Assembly: GCA_016210205.1 (NCBI GenBank)
Contig: JACQUO010000007.1
Location: 8,834-72,833 of the forward strand
Direction of reading: 5' to 3'
Length of the DNA: 64,000 nucleotides
Source: Chloroflexota bacterium
Lineage (GTDB): Bacteria; Chloroflexota; Dehalococcoidia; JACQUO01
Each line of letters opens with the position of its first letter. Position 1 is the first letter of the stretch. Below are positions 9,037 through 17,585 of the stretch, one piece after another. The notes beneath the pieces were generated by a model. It searched no databases. It saw only the letters and a program-made list of their open reading frames with translations, and was not told where the DNA came from. The position numbers and the translations under genes are program-made.

Positions 9037-9315
9037 TCAGACACCCCCGGCCACGGCGGGGACGATGCTCACCTCATCGCCCGCCTTGAGGGCGGTGCCC
9101 AGGCCCTGGAGGAAGCGCACATCCTCGCCGTTGACATAGATGTTGACGAAACGCCGCATCTCCCCGGCCTCGTCGCAGAGGCGCTCTTTGAAGCCAGGGT
9201 ACTGGTGCTCCAGGTCATCGATGCACTGGCTCAGGCTCTGGGCTTCCAGCTTCACGATGTCCTTGCCCGCGCTGAGGCGGCGCAGGGGGGAAGGTATCCT
9301 GACGGTAACAGCCAC
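9037..9315 (-). CDS. ThiS/MoaD-family sulfur carrier protein (MetO/CysO-like), C-terminus ...AGGV
   Basis: 92 aa beta-grasp-sized protein, VNGEDVRFLQGLGTALKAGDEVSIVPAVAGGV; diglycine followed by one extra residue. Confidence 0.75.
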   Translation of the reverse strand: MAVTVRIPSPLRRLSAGKDIVKLEAQSLSQCIDDLEHQYPGFKERLCDEAGEMRRFVNIYVNGEDVRFLQGLGTALKAGDEVSIVPAVAGGV

Positions 9316-9347
9316 TTATTTGAACCTCCTGGCAAGGGTTTGGGGAC

Positions 9348-9590
9348 TCAGCCGGCCACCACATCACCTTCGATGGGGTCCGCGCGCACGCCCATGGTGG
9401 TGACCCAGGCGATGCCCCGCTCTATCTCGGCGCTGTCCCCCTCCATCTCCAGCACCACCCAGCCCCGGCTCTCGCTGACCTCGGCGCGGCGGATGTTGGT
9501 GACGATTTTAAAGCGGTGGCCCAGGTTGTAGATGACGGGCTCGGTGATGAGCTTGGGGGGGAAGGTGAACTTCATCCGTTTTTTCGCCAT
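9348..9590 (-). CDS. stand-alone NIL-domain protein
   Basis: 80 aa; PVIYNLGHRFKIVTNIRRAEV...GWVVLEMEGD matches the NIL (MetN C-terminal-like) domain pattern. Confidence 0.6.
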   Translation of the reverse strand: MAKKRMKFTFPPKLITEPVIYNLGHRFKIVTNIRRAEVSESRGWVVLEMEGDSAEIERGIAWVTTMGVRADPIEGDVVAG

Positions 9591-9640
9591 GGTCCTCCTC
9601 CTGCCTTAGTCGCTTGTCCGGGGACTGTGGGTCGGTCGTC

Positions 9641-10906
9641 TCAGCGCGCCCGAGCCGGCCCCGCGGGCTTGCCGATGGCCTCCTGGAAGGCCGCCAGGGT
9701 GGGCGGGATGACCAGAGGGTTCACCACGCTCTCCACGGCCTCCTGGGTCTTGAGCCCGGAGCCGGTGATGAAGGCCACCGTCAGCTCCCCGGACTTGATG
9801 GCGCCGGCGGCAACCAGTCGCTTGAGGCCGGCGATGGTGACCCCGCCCGCGGTCTCGGCGAAGATGCCCTCGGTCTCCGCCAGGAGCTTCATGCCTGCCA
9901 CCACCTCGTCGTCGGAGACGGCCGCGGCGGCGCCCCGGGACTCCTTGAGCGTCTTGAGGGCGTAATAGCCGTCGGCGGGGTTGCCGATGGCCAGGGACTT
10001 GGCGATGGTCTGGGCCCGCACGGGCTTCACCATCATGGTGCCCTCGGCATGGGCGGTGGCGATGGGCGCGGAGCCGGCGGCCTGGGTGACATGCATATGG
10101 GTAGAGACGGGGCCAATGAGGCCCAGGGAGGAAAGCTCCTTGAGCCCCTTCCATATCTTGGTGAAGAGGGAGCCGGAGGCCACGGGGACCACGGCGTGGT
10201 CAGGGGCCCGCCAGCCCAGCTGCTCCGCTACCTCGTAGCCCAGGGTCTTGCTGCCCTCGGCGTAGTAGGGGCGGACATTGATGTTGACGAAGGCCCAGGG
10301 GTATTTGTCCCCAATTTCAGCGCAGAGGCGGTTCACCTCGTCGTAAGTTCCCTTCACCGCCACCAGGGTGGCCCCGTAGATGGCGCTGCCCACCATCTTG
10401 CCCCGCTCCAGGTCGGCGGGAATGAAGACATAGGCCCTCAGGCCGGCCCGGGCGGCGTGGGCGCTCACCGCCCCCGCCAGGTTCCCGGTGGAGGCGCAGG
10501 CCAGGGTGTCGAAGCCGAACTCCAGGGCTTTGGTGGCGGCCACGGAGACCACCCGGTCCTTGAAGGAGTAGGTGGGGTTGACGCAGTCGTTCTTAAGGTA
10601 GAGGTTCTCCAATCCCAAGAGCTTCCCCAGGTTGTGGGCCTTTATCAGGGGGGTGAAGCCGGCGTTCATGTCAACCACCTCCTCCCGGGAGACGGGCAGG
10701 AGGTCCCGGTAGCGCCACATGGAGAGGGGGCCGCGCTGGATGCTCTGGCGGGAGATGCTCTGGGCCAGGGCAGCATAGTCATAGACCACTTCCAGCGGCC
10801 CGAAGCAGAACTCGCAGAAGTGGATAGGGTTCAGGGGGTATTCGCGGTGGCACTCCCGACACTGGAGGGCCTTGGCGTAGGACATGATAGCGGTGGCCTT
10901 CTCCAC
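9641..10906 (-). CDS. threonine synthase paralogue (PLP-dependent, ThrC/MetM-like) with N-terminal zinc ribbon
   Basis: 421 aa; CRECHREY...CEFC ribbon, SFKDR lysine motif, GNLAGA, fold-type II PLP pattern. GTG at 10906 lacks an RBS; ATG at 10885 (MSYAKAL) after GGAGAAGG is an alternative start. Confidence 0.8.
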   Translation of the reverse strand: MEKATAIMSYAKALQCRECHREYPLNPIHFCEFCFGPLEVVYDYAALAQSISRQSIQRGPLSMWRYRDLLPVSREEVVDMNAGFTPLIKAHNLGKLLGLENLYLKNDCVNPTYSFKDRVVSVAATKALEFGFDTLACASTGNLAGAVSAHAARAGLRAYVFIPADLERGKMVGSAIYGATLVAVKGTYDEVNRLCAEIGDKYPWAFVNINVRPYYAEGSKTLGYEVAEQLGWRAPDHAVVPVASGSLFTKIWKGLKELSSLGLIGPVSTHMHVTQAAGSAPIATAHAEGTMMVKPVRAQTIAKSLAIGNPADGYYALKTLKESRGAAAAVSDDEVVAGMKLLAETEGIFAETAGGVTIAGLKRLVAAGAIKSGELTVAFITGSGLKTQEAVESVVNPLVIPPTLAAFQEAIGKPAGPARAR

Positions 10907-10936
10907 AGGGCTAAACGGTTGTGAGTTTGTCTTTCC

Positions 10937-10964
10937 ATGATAGCCATTCGCCCTTGGATGTCAA
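10937..10964 (-). promoter_or_regulatory. sigma-70-like promoter for the thrC-like/NIL/sulfur-carrier operon (TTGACA-16 nt-TATCAT)
   Basis: Minus-strand cccTTGACAtccaagggcgaatggcTATCATgg about 30-50 nt upstream of the candidate starts. Confidence 0.45.
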
Positions 10965-11010
10965 GGGCAAGGGTGCAGGCTGTTTGGCAAGGCCTTACGA
11001 CCATCCCTGA

Positions 11011-11222
11011 CCCCCTGCCTGGCCAGGCAGGGGGGATAGATTGTGGGAGGACACCCCCAAACCCCCACCAGAGGGCTACGGCCCTCTGGACTCCCAATCC
11101 ATCTACCGCTGCAGGCGTAGGGGTACAGGAGGCAAGCCCTTGCCGGGGGCCTGGGGGTGCCCCCCAGATCTCTTCTTCTCCTCCCCCTTTCCTGGCAAGA
11201 GCGGGGATACGGGGGGTGAGGC
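11011..11222. repeat. modular GC-rich palindromic intergenic repeat (A-like + B + B-rev + A-rev)
   Basis: ccccctgcctggccaggcaggggg; gggaggacacccccaaacccccaccagagggctacggccctctggactccc; cctgggggtgcccccc; cccccttcctggcaag. Confidence 0.8.
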
Positions 11223-11244
11223 CTCGGCGTCCCCTGGTTTTGTA

Positions 11245-11273
11245 TTGCATCCCCCTGGCCCTTATGCTAACAT
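11245..11273 (+). promoter_or_regulatory. sigma-70-like promoter for tRNA-Pro (TTGCAT-17 nt-TAACAT)
   Basis: TTGCATccccctggcccttatgcTAACAT ending 9 nt before the mature tRNA 5-prime end. Confidence 0.45.
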
Positions 11274-11282
11274 GACGGCAGT

Positions 11283-11359
11283 CGGGGTGTAGCGCAGCCC
11301 GGTAGCGCACCTGAATGGGGTTCAGGTGGTCGCCGGTTCAAATCCGGCCACCCCGACCA
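11283..11359 (+). tRNA. tRNA-Pro (anticodon GGG)
   Basis: Hand-folded cloverleaf: acceptor CGGGGTG/CACCCCG, D arm GCGC/GCGC, anticodon stem CCTGA/TCAGG with loop aTGGGGt, T arm GCCGG-TTCAAAT-CCGGC, encoded CCA. Confidence 0.9.
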
Positions 11360-11420
11360 TTGCTTTGGCCCGCTCCCCCATGGTCATCAGGCCCAAGGCG
11401 GCTGGGCTGGGAAGGAAGCT

Positions 11421-12488
11421 GTGAAGGCGGTAATCCTGGTCGGCGGCGAGGGGACGCGCCTGCGCCCTCTCACCCATGGGATGCCCAAGTCCATGGTGCC
11501 GGTGCTCAACCGGCCCTTCCTGGAGCACACCTTAGCCCACCTCCGCCAGCACGGCGTGGATGAGGTCATCCTGGCGGTGGGCTATCTCCCCCAGGTCATC
11601 CAGGCCCATTTCGGGGCCGGCGAGGGGACGGGGGTTCGCCTGCGCTACGCTTTAGAGCCTCGCCCCCTGGGCACGGCGGGGGCGGTGAAGCGCGCCGCCG
11701 CCCACCTGGACCGCACCTTCGCTGTGCTCAATGGGGACATCTTCTCCGACCTGGACCTGGGGGCCATGCTGTCCTTCCATCAGAGTCGCCAGGCCCAGGC
11801 CACCATCGCCCTGACCAGGGTGGAGGACCCTTCCGCCTTCGGGGTGGTGGAGACGGGGCCGGGGGGAAGGGTGCAGCGCTTCATCGAGAAGCCCCACCGG
11901 GAGGAGGCTACCACCAACTGGATTAATGCGGGCGTCTATATCCTGGAGCCGGAGGCCCTGGCGCAGGCGCCCCCGGACACCCATTACATGTTCGAGCGCG
12001 GGCTTTTCCCCCTCCTTTTGGAGCAGGGGGAGCCGGTGTATGGCTATCCCTTTAGCGGCTACTGGGTGGACATGGGGACGCCGCAGAAGTATCTCCAGCT
12101 CAACTGCGACCTCCTTCAGGGCCAGGCCCAGAGCTTCCTGGTGCCCTGGGAGGGGAATGAGGTGCGCCTGGGCAAGGGGGTGGTGGTGCCCCCGGGGGCG
12201 GAGCTAAGGGGGCCCTGCCTCATCGGGGATGGCTGCAAGCTGGAGCGGGGCGTCCGCATCTGGGGCCCCGCGGTCTTGGGGCCGGGGTGCCACCTGGGGC
12301 CGGAGGCGATGGTGGAAGCCACGGTGCTGTGGGAGGGCGTGACCGCGGGCCGAGGCGCCTCCTTGACCAGGTGCGTGGTGGGGAGCCACACCCAGGTGCA
12401 GGCCCAGGCCCGACTCCATGATTGCGCCCTGGCCGGGAAACCCGCTGCAGGCGGGCGGAGCGTCACCGCGGCGGCGACGCCCCCCTGA
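11421..12488 (+). CDS. NDP-sugar pyrophosphorylase (mannose-1-phosphate guanylyltransferase-like) with C-terminal left-handed beta-helix
   Basis: MKAVILVGGEGTRLRPLT signature, GTAGA, NAGVYI; hexapeptide-like C-terminus; GTG start. Confidence 0.8.
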   Translation: MKAVILVGGEGTRLRPLTHGMPKSMVPVLNRPFLEHTLAHLRQHGVDEVILAVGYLPQVIQAHFGAGEGTGVRLRYALEPRPLGTAGAVKRAAAHLDRTFAVLNGDIFSDLDLGAMLSFHQSRQAQATIALTRVEDPSAFGVVETGPGGRVQRFIEKPHREEATTNWINAGVYILEPEALAQAPPDTHYMFERGLFPLLLEQGEPVYGYPFSGYWVDMGTPQKYLQLNCDLLQGQAQSFLVPWEGNEVRLGKGVVVPPGAELRGPCLIGDGCKLERGVRIWGPAVLGPGCHLGPEAMVEATVLWEGVTAGRGASLTRCVVGSHTQVQAQARLHDCALAGKPAAGGRSVTAAATPP

Positions 12489-12540
12489 CGAAGACGGCTG
12501 CTGATGCGCCTGAATAACCCCCACCCCTCGTAGAGCGGCT

Positions 12541-13161
12541 TTGTCTGACCCTCTCGCCACCCTCTCCCCCTCCCTGCGGGCCGCCCTGGCGGGCCTGCCG
12601 TTGCCTCTGCTGGCCCACTGCCGCCGCGTGGCCTCCCTGGCGGCCTACCTGGCCCGGCGGCACGCTGTTGCCCTGGGTCAAACACCCGATGACATTGCGC
12701 CAAAAGCCCGCCGGGCCGGCCTAGTGCACGACCTCGCCCGGGCCTGGAGCGGCCAAGAGCTGCTGGCTCTGGCAAGGGAGCTGGGCCTCCCCGTGGGCGA
12801 GATTGAGGCGCGCCTCCCCGTGCTCCTCCATGGCCCCGTGGGGGCGGCGTTGCTGCGCCGCGACTACGGCATCCAGGATGAGGAGCTTCTGGCGGCGGTG
12901 GACTGCCACACTACGGGACGGCGGGGGATGGGGGCTTTGGACAGGCTCCTCTATGTGGCCGACAAGACGGAGCCCGGGAAGCTCGCCGGGGACCCGGAGC
13001 TGGCGCGCCTGCGGAGGCAGGCCGAGGAGGATTTGGACAAGGCCCTGCTGGGCCTCCTGGAGCATCAGATGGCGCAAATACGAAGGCGGGGCGGCCTGCT
13101 CCACCCTGCCAGCCTGGAGGCCGCCGCGGCCCTGCGGCCGGCACCCAGTCAGCCCTCCTAG
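12541..13161 (+). CDS. yqeK: HD-domain phosphohydrolase, YqeK family (Ap4A hydrolase-like)
   Basis: 206 aa; H...HDLAR...HGPVGA...CHTTG...LYVADKTEPG motifs of bis(5-nucleosyl)-tetraphosphatase YqeK. Confidence 0.7.
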   Translation: MSDPLATLSPSLRAALAGLPLPLLAHCRRVASLAAYLARRHAVALGQTPDDIAPKARRAGLVHDLARAWSGQELLALARELGLPVGEIEARLPVLLHGPVGAALLRRDYGIQDEELLAAVDCHTTGRRGMGALDRLLYVADKTEPGKLAGDPELARLRRQAEEDLDKALLGLLEHQMAQIRRRGGLLHPASLEAAAALRPAPSQPS

Positions 13162-13189
13162 AACTCGTCCCAAAATTAAGCAGGAAGCA

Positions 13190-13232
13190 ATGTCATTCTG
13201 AGCCGCCGCAGGCGGACTCCTCAGAATGACAT
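13190..13232. terminator. 13-bp perfect-stem hairpin between convergent genes (candidate bidirectional terminator)
   Basis: atgtcattctgag-ccgccgcaggcggactc-ctcagaatgacat; loop itself contains ccgcc/ggcgg; no flanking U-run. Confidence 0.35.
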
Positions 13233-13281
13233 ATAGATACCCCAGGTGAAGCCCGGTACATGGGGTGGGGCCTGGGGCCTG

Positions 13282-13701
13282 CTACCCCAGCGGCAGCGCC
13301 ACGGTGGCCTCGCCGGCCATGGTGCGAGTGCCGTCGGCCTTCTCCTGCCAGAGTTCCACCTCCACAATTCCCTGGCCGCCCTCCTGACGCTTGGCCTTCA
13401 CCCGCCCGTGATTAGTGATGGTGTCACCGGCGAAGAGGGGGGCCAGGAAGCGGGTATAGATGCGCACCAGCTGCTCGGGACGCTCCAGCCAGTCGGTGAG
13501 GAAGCGGCAGAAGAAGGCCCAGTTGGAAGGGCCATGGGTGGCGGGCCCGGGCCGGCCGGCCTCCTTGGCCCGCAGGGTGTCCAGGTGCATGGGCTGGTGG
13601 TCGTGGAGGCACAGGGCCATGTCCATGATGTGCTGGTATTCAATCTTACAGGTTAGGGGCGGGAGCTCCGTCCCCGCGGTGATGTCATGGAAGCGAGGCA
13701 T
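13282..13701 (-). CDS. MaoC-like (R)-specific hydratase, hotdog fold (HadB-like)
   Basis: 139 aa; LHDHQPMHLD...HGPSNWAF pattern of MaoC dehydratase domain. Confidence 0.7.
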   Translation of the reverse strand: MPRFHDITAGTELPPLTCKIEYQHIMDMALCLHDHQPMHLDTLRAKEAGRPGPATHGPSNWAFFCRFLTDWLERPEQLVRIYTRFLAPLFAGDTITNHGRVKAKRQEGGQGIVEVELWQEKADGTRTMAGEATVALPLG

Positions 13702-13713
13702 CCTTCACCCCTT

Positions 13714-14178
13714 CTAGCGGCGGAATATGAGGCCCAGGCGGCTGAAGACGGCCCTCTCCCCGTGGCGGTCCTCGATGATGGACTCCACCGCCACCAGGTC
13801 AAAGGGCTGCCGCCCCTCCTTGGTCTCCACGGAGGCGATGCGGCCCCGGATGGTGTAGGTCTCACCGGCCACCAGAGGGAGGTGGTGCTCGAAGGTCTGC
13901 TCCCCATACTGGGCGGGCATGCTGGGTGGGGCCGTGTCCCGGCCCAGGAGCTGCCCGAAGGGCAGCGAGCGCACCTGGTGGGTGGACAGCATGATGGCGT
14001 AGGAGGGTGGGGCGATTTGTCCGGGGTAGCCCGCGGCCCGGGCAGCCCTGGCGTCAAAGTAAACAGGGTTTTTCTCCCCCACTGCCTGGCACCACTCTTT
14101 GATGTGTTCCCCGCTCACCTTATAGGGCACCGGGGCCAACTCTCGCCCCACCCAGGCCCGGCGTTCATTCTCCGTCAT
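13714..14178 (-). CDS. MaoC N-terminal-like / FAS1-like dehydratase hotdog protein (HadA-like partner)
   Basis: 154 aa; VSGEHIKEWCQAVGEKNPVYFD...APPSYA typical of the non-catalytic hotdog partner; adjacent to the MaoC gene. Confidence 0.6.
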   Translation of the reverse strand: MTENERRAWVGRELAPVPYKVSGEHIKEWCQAVGEKNPVYFDARAARAAGYPGQIAPPSYAIMLSTHQVRSLPFGQLLGRDTAPPSMPAQYGEQTFEHHLPLVAGETYTIRGRIASVETKEGRQPFDLVAVESIIEDRHGERAVFSRLGLIFRR

Positions 14179-14936
14179 CCTTTATCTCCTCGGCCCAATT
14201 CCTCGCGATTGAATAAGCGCTTGGGGAAGATGGTAATTTTGCGGGACTCCCCCTCGCCTGCGCTCTCGGTGACCACATCGGGGCTATCCCGCAGGGCCAG
14301 GTGGATGATGCGCCGCTCGTTGGCGGGCATGGGCTCCAAGGAGAAGGGCCGCCCCGTGGCCTTGACCCGCGCGGCGATGCGCTCCGCCAGGGCCTGGAGG
14401 GCCTGGTAGCGGCGTTCCCGGTAGCCCTCCACATCCAGGACGATGCCCGCCTGGGCTTTGAGCTGGCGGCTCACCATGAGGTTCACCAGGTACTGGAGGG
14501 AGGCCAGGGTGTCGCCCCGGCGGCCGATGAGGATGCCCAGGTCGTCGCCGGAGATGTCGAAGGCCACCGTGGGGGAGCCGGCGTCCTCCGGGGAGGCCGC
14601 CTTGAGGCGGACGGTGGCCTCCACCCCCATGAGCTCCAGGAGTCGTTCCAGGGTTTGGCGGCCCAGGGCGGCCACATCGGCCTCGCCCTGCTCGGGGCGG
14701 GCCCGCAGGCTCACCCGCACCCGGGCCTTCTCGGCCCCCAGACCCAATATGCCCGCCTTGCCCCGGCTCAGGACCTCCACCTCCACATCGTCCTGGGTCA
14801 GCTCCTCCTCCCGAGCCTCGCTGAGTCGTCTCAAGGCCAACTCGAGGGCGACCTCAACGGTTTCGGCGCTTGCCTCTATCCGCTCTACTCTTTCCACCTT
14901 GACGCCCCTTTTCTGGGGCTGGGGCAGCGCTGACAT
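14175..14936 (-). CDS. jag: Jag/KhpB RNA-binding protein (Jag_N, KH, R3H)
   Basis: VEASAETVEVALELALRRL..., GILIGRRGDTLASLQYL (KH), NERRIIHLAL (R3H). Start uncertain: ATG 14936 overlaps the basic tail of yidC; the track ORF start 15035 is unlikely. Confidence 0.8.
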   Translation of the reverse strand: MSALPQPQKRGVKVERVERIEASAETVEVALELALRRLSEAREEELTQDDVEVEVLSRGKAGILGLGAEKARVRVSLRARPEQGEADVAALGRQTLERLLELMGVEATVRLKAASPEDAGSPTVAFDISGDDLGILIGRRGDTLASLQYLVNLMVSRQLKAQAGIVLDVEGYRERRYQALQALAERIAARVKATGRPFSLEPMPANERRIIHLALRDSPDVVTESAGEGESRKITIFPKRLFNREELGRGDKG

Positions 14937-15705
14937 TGCCTGTCGCCGCGGCGGGCGCGGGGGCAGCCTTGCCCCCTGCTCGCGAGGGAAGCAGCGGGCC
15001 CCAGCCGGTGACAAAAGATTGCATGACGATGCCAATGACGGTGGACGCCACCCAGTATACCGCCAGGCCGCTGGGGAACTGAAGGGTGAGGAGGGCGAAC
15101 ATGACCGGCATCATGAACTGCATCATGGTGTTTTGGGTGGCCGCCTGAGGGGAAACGGGCGGCGTGGCGCTCATCTTCATCTGGACCCACATGCTGGCGA
15201 AGGTCAGGGCGGGCATGATGAAGTAGGGGTCGGTCTGGGAAAGCTCCAGCCAGAGGAAGTTGCCCTCCAGGGGCGTGGCCCGGCCCAGGAAGGGCCAGGG
15301 ATATAGGTGCTTGGAGAGCTCGAAAAGGCCCTCTGGGGTGGCCGCCAGGGCCTGGGTGATGGACTGGAAGACCGCTATCCAGATGGGGAACTGGAGGAGC
15401 ATGGGCAGGATGCAGCCCAAGCTCATGGGGTTGGCGCCCCCTTCCCGATAGAGCTTCCACTGCTCCCGGGAAAGGCGCTCCTTGTCGCCGCGGTATTTCT
15501 GCTGGAGCTCTTTGAGCTTGGGCTGAAGGGTGGAGAGCTTTTGAGTCACTCGGAGCTGGCGCAGGCTCAAGGGCCAGAGGATAATCCTCACGATGACGGT
15601 GACGGCGATGATGGCCAGGCCGAAGCTCCCCCCCAGCAGGACGGAGAAGACCACCAACGCATTGAGGATGGGCTGGAGGAGGAGGATGTTCCAGAGGGCT
15701 TCCAA
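14854..15705 (-). CDS. yidC: membrane protein insertase YidC (short, Oxa1-type)
   Basis: 283 aa; GLAIIAVTVIVRIILWPLS, ANPMSLGCILPMLLQFPIWIAVF; basic C-terminal tail. Confidence 0.9.
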   Translation of the reverse strand: MEALWNILLLQPILNALVVFSVLLGGSFGLAIIAVTVIVRIILWPLSLRQLRVTQKLSTLQPKLKELQQKYRGDKERLSREQWKLYREGGANPMSLGCILPMLLQFPIWIAVFQSITQALAATPEGLFELSKHLYPWPFLGRATPLEGNFLWLELSQTDPYFIMPALTFASMWVQMKMSATPPVSPQAATQNTMMQFMMPVMFALLTLQFPSGLAVYWVASTVIGIVMQSFVTGWGPLLPSRAGGKAAPAPAAATGNVSAAPAPEKGRQGGKSRADRGKRRNR

Positions 15706-15719
15706 AGGCCGCTATCTCC

Positions 15720-16808
15720 CTATTGTCCCAGGGGCACGCGCCAGACCCGGCGCCCGCTGTCTATCCTGACCGCATGCAAATTCTGCTCCTGGTCCATGAA
15801 ATAGAGGGTTCCCTCGGAGGGCTCCAGGGCCCCCAGCACCCCGGCCTCGGCCTCATACTCCCATAGGGGTGTCCCCTGGGAGGGCTCCAGGGCCTGGACC
15901 CGGCCCTTGTCCGTGGAGAGGATGAGGTGGCCGTCGGCCAGGATGGGCCCGGTGCCCACAGGGCCTCCCGCGAAGTAGGGCTGGCCCCAGCGGTTGGCTC
16001 CGGTCTTGTAGTCCAGGGCGTAAAGCTTGCCGTCTATGCTAGCCACGTATACTGCCTTCTCGTTGGCCACCGCCGGGCTCCAGAACCAGGCGTCGGCGGC
16101 GAAGGGCTGGGGCCAGCGGAGCTGGCCCGTAGCCCCGTCCAGGGCGTAGAATTTGGAGTCGAAGGCCCCCACATACACGGTGTTGTCCACCACCAGGGGG
16201 TCGGTGACGAAGGCCCCCTGGGCCGTGAAGGGGGCCCACCGGAGGGCCCAGGTCTCGCCGTCCAGGGCATAGACCTTATGCCCCAGGGTGGCGAAGTAGA
16301 TGGTGCCCCGGTTCAGCACCGGGCCCGCCCAGATGTCGCCCTCGGCCACGAAGGGCTCCCGAAGGGGCCGGCCCGTCTTTCGGCTCAGGGCGAAGAGCCG
16401 GTTGCCCGCGGCTACCAGGAGGGTCTCCCCCTGGAGGACGGGCTGGCTCACGATGCGCCCCCCGGCATTGAAGGGCTCCCAGAGCTGCTCGTGGCTATCT
16501 ACATCCAGGGCATATACCTTGCCCTCGTAAGTACCCAGGTAGAGGGCATGCTCCACCACTAGAGGGGCGCTGTAAATAAAGCCCAGGCGCTTATCTGCCT
16601 CCGCGGGGTAGCGCCAGCGGACGCTGCCCTGGGCGCGGTCCAGGGCCATGAGCTTGCCGCTGCGGGAGCCCACATAGATGGTGTCTCCCACCACCGCGGG
16701 GCTGGGCCAGCCCTGTTTGGGGTTGCTGGAACAGCCGGCGAAGCCCAAAAGGGCCAGAGCCACCAGGGACAGGGCAAAAAGCCACTTGGGAAGGCTCGGC
16801 ATCTCCAT
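15720..16808 (-). CDS. PQQ-like beta-propeller repeat lipoprotein (BamB-like fold)
   Basis: Start set at MEMPSLPKWLFALSLVALALLGFAGC (lipobox); repeated YALD/GxxxW blades. Confidence 0.7.
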   Translation of the reverse strand: MEMPSLPKWLFALSLVALALLGFAGCSSNPKQGWPSPAVVGDTIYVGSRSGKLMALDRAQGSVRWRYPAEADKRLGFIYSAPLVVEHALYLGTYEGKVYALDVDSHEQLWEPFNAGGRIVSQPVLQGETLLVAAGNRLFALSRKTGRPLREPFVAEGDIWAGPVLNRGTIYFATLGHKVYALDGETWALRWAPFTAQGAFVTDPLVVDNTVYVGAFDSKFYALDGATGQLRWPQPFAADAWFWSPAVANEKAVYVASIDGKLYALDYKTGANRWGQPYFAGGPVGTGPILADGHLILSTDKGRVQALEPSQGTPLWEYEAEAGVLGALEPSEGTLYFMDQEQNLHAVRIDSGRRVWRVPLGQ

Positions 16809-16815
16809 CCCCGCC

Positions 16816-17052
16816 TTAGGCCGAGCCCTGGGCTTTGGGATGAGGGGGGACGGGGTCGTAGCCCCCGGAGTGGAAGGGGTGGCAGCGAGCCAGCCGCTTG
16901 ACGGTGAGCCAGCCCCCCCTCCAGAAGCCGTGCTCCGCGATGGCCTCATACCCGTAGTGGGAGCAGGAGGGGGTGAAGCGACAGGACGAAGGGATCAAGG
17001 GCGAAATATAGCGCTGATAGCAGCGGATAAGGAAGAGAGCCATGCCCTTCAA
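16816..17052 (-). CDS. yidD: membrane protein insertion efficiency factor YidD
   Basis: [27 protein letters not shown]...[14 protein letters not shown] hallmark sequence. Confidence 0.9.
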   Translation of the reverse strand: MKGMALFLIRCYQRYISPLIPSSCRFTPSCSHYGYEAIAEHGFWRGGWLTVKRLARCHPFHSGGYDPVPPHPKAQGSA

Positions 17053-17396
17053 GGCATTGTATCCTCCAGCAGGCTCGCCCGGGACAGGAGTTCCCCGGAC
17101 GCCTGCCTCAGTTCATCAAAGCTAGCCTCGCGGGCGGGAAGCCTGGCGATAAAAAGCAGGTCCCACCCTTGCTTCAGGGGAAGGGACCTCACCCCTTCTC
17201 GTAGCTGTCTCCGCAACCGGTTGCGCCCCACCGCGGGGCCCAGCCGCCGGCTTACTGTGAAGCCGTAGCGGTTGTGGGCCTGCCCGTTGGGTTGGGCCCG
17301 GAGCACCAGATGGCGGTTGGCCCAGCGGCGCCCCTTCTGGCTCAAAGAGGTGATGGTCTGGCCCCCGGACAGCCGTTCCCGCTGGGGGAAAGTCAT
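17049..17396 (-). CDS. rnpA: ribonuclease P protein component
   Basis: 115 aa basic protein, [27 protein letters not shown] motif; overlaps yidD start by 4 nt. Confidence 0.85.
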   Translation of the reverse strand: MTFPQRERLSGGQTITSLSQKGRRWANRHLVLRAQPNGQAHNRYGFTVSRRLGPAVGRNRLRRQLREGVRSLPLKQGWDLLFIARLPAREASFDELRQASGELLSRASLLEDTMP

Positions 17397-17421
17397 GGGC
17401 CTTTGCCCCCGCCGATGGGCC

Positions 17422-17562
17422 TCAGACCACCGTGAGGCGCTTGCGCCCTCTAAGGCGTCGGGCCTTGAGCACGGCCCGCCCCTGGCGGGTGCTCATCCGC
17501 TTCAGAAAACCGTGCTCCCGCCGCCGGGGGATTTTCTTGGGTTGATAGGTGCTTTTTGCCAT
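17422..17562 (-). CDS. rpmH: 50S ribosomal protein L34
   Basis: Below track size cutoff; my translation [46 protein letters not shown] (46 aa) is a canonical L34. Confidence 0.9.
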   Translation of the reverse strand: MAKSTYQPKKIPRRREHGFLKRMSTRQGRAVLKARRLRGRKRLTVV

Positions 17563-17585
17563 GATACCTTTCCAGCCAGGCTAGC

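Noticed and set aside
10907-11010. SAM or other methionine-responsive riboswitch upstream of the thrC-like/sulfur-carrier operon
   Set aside because: The predicted leader is only about 30-50 nt after the TTGACA-16-TATCAT promoter and contains no SAM-I/SAM-II-like conserved blocks that I can recognise.
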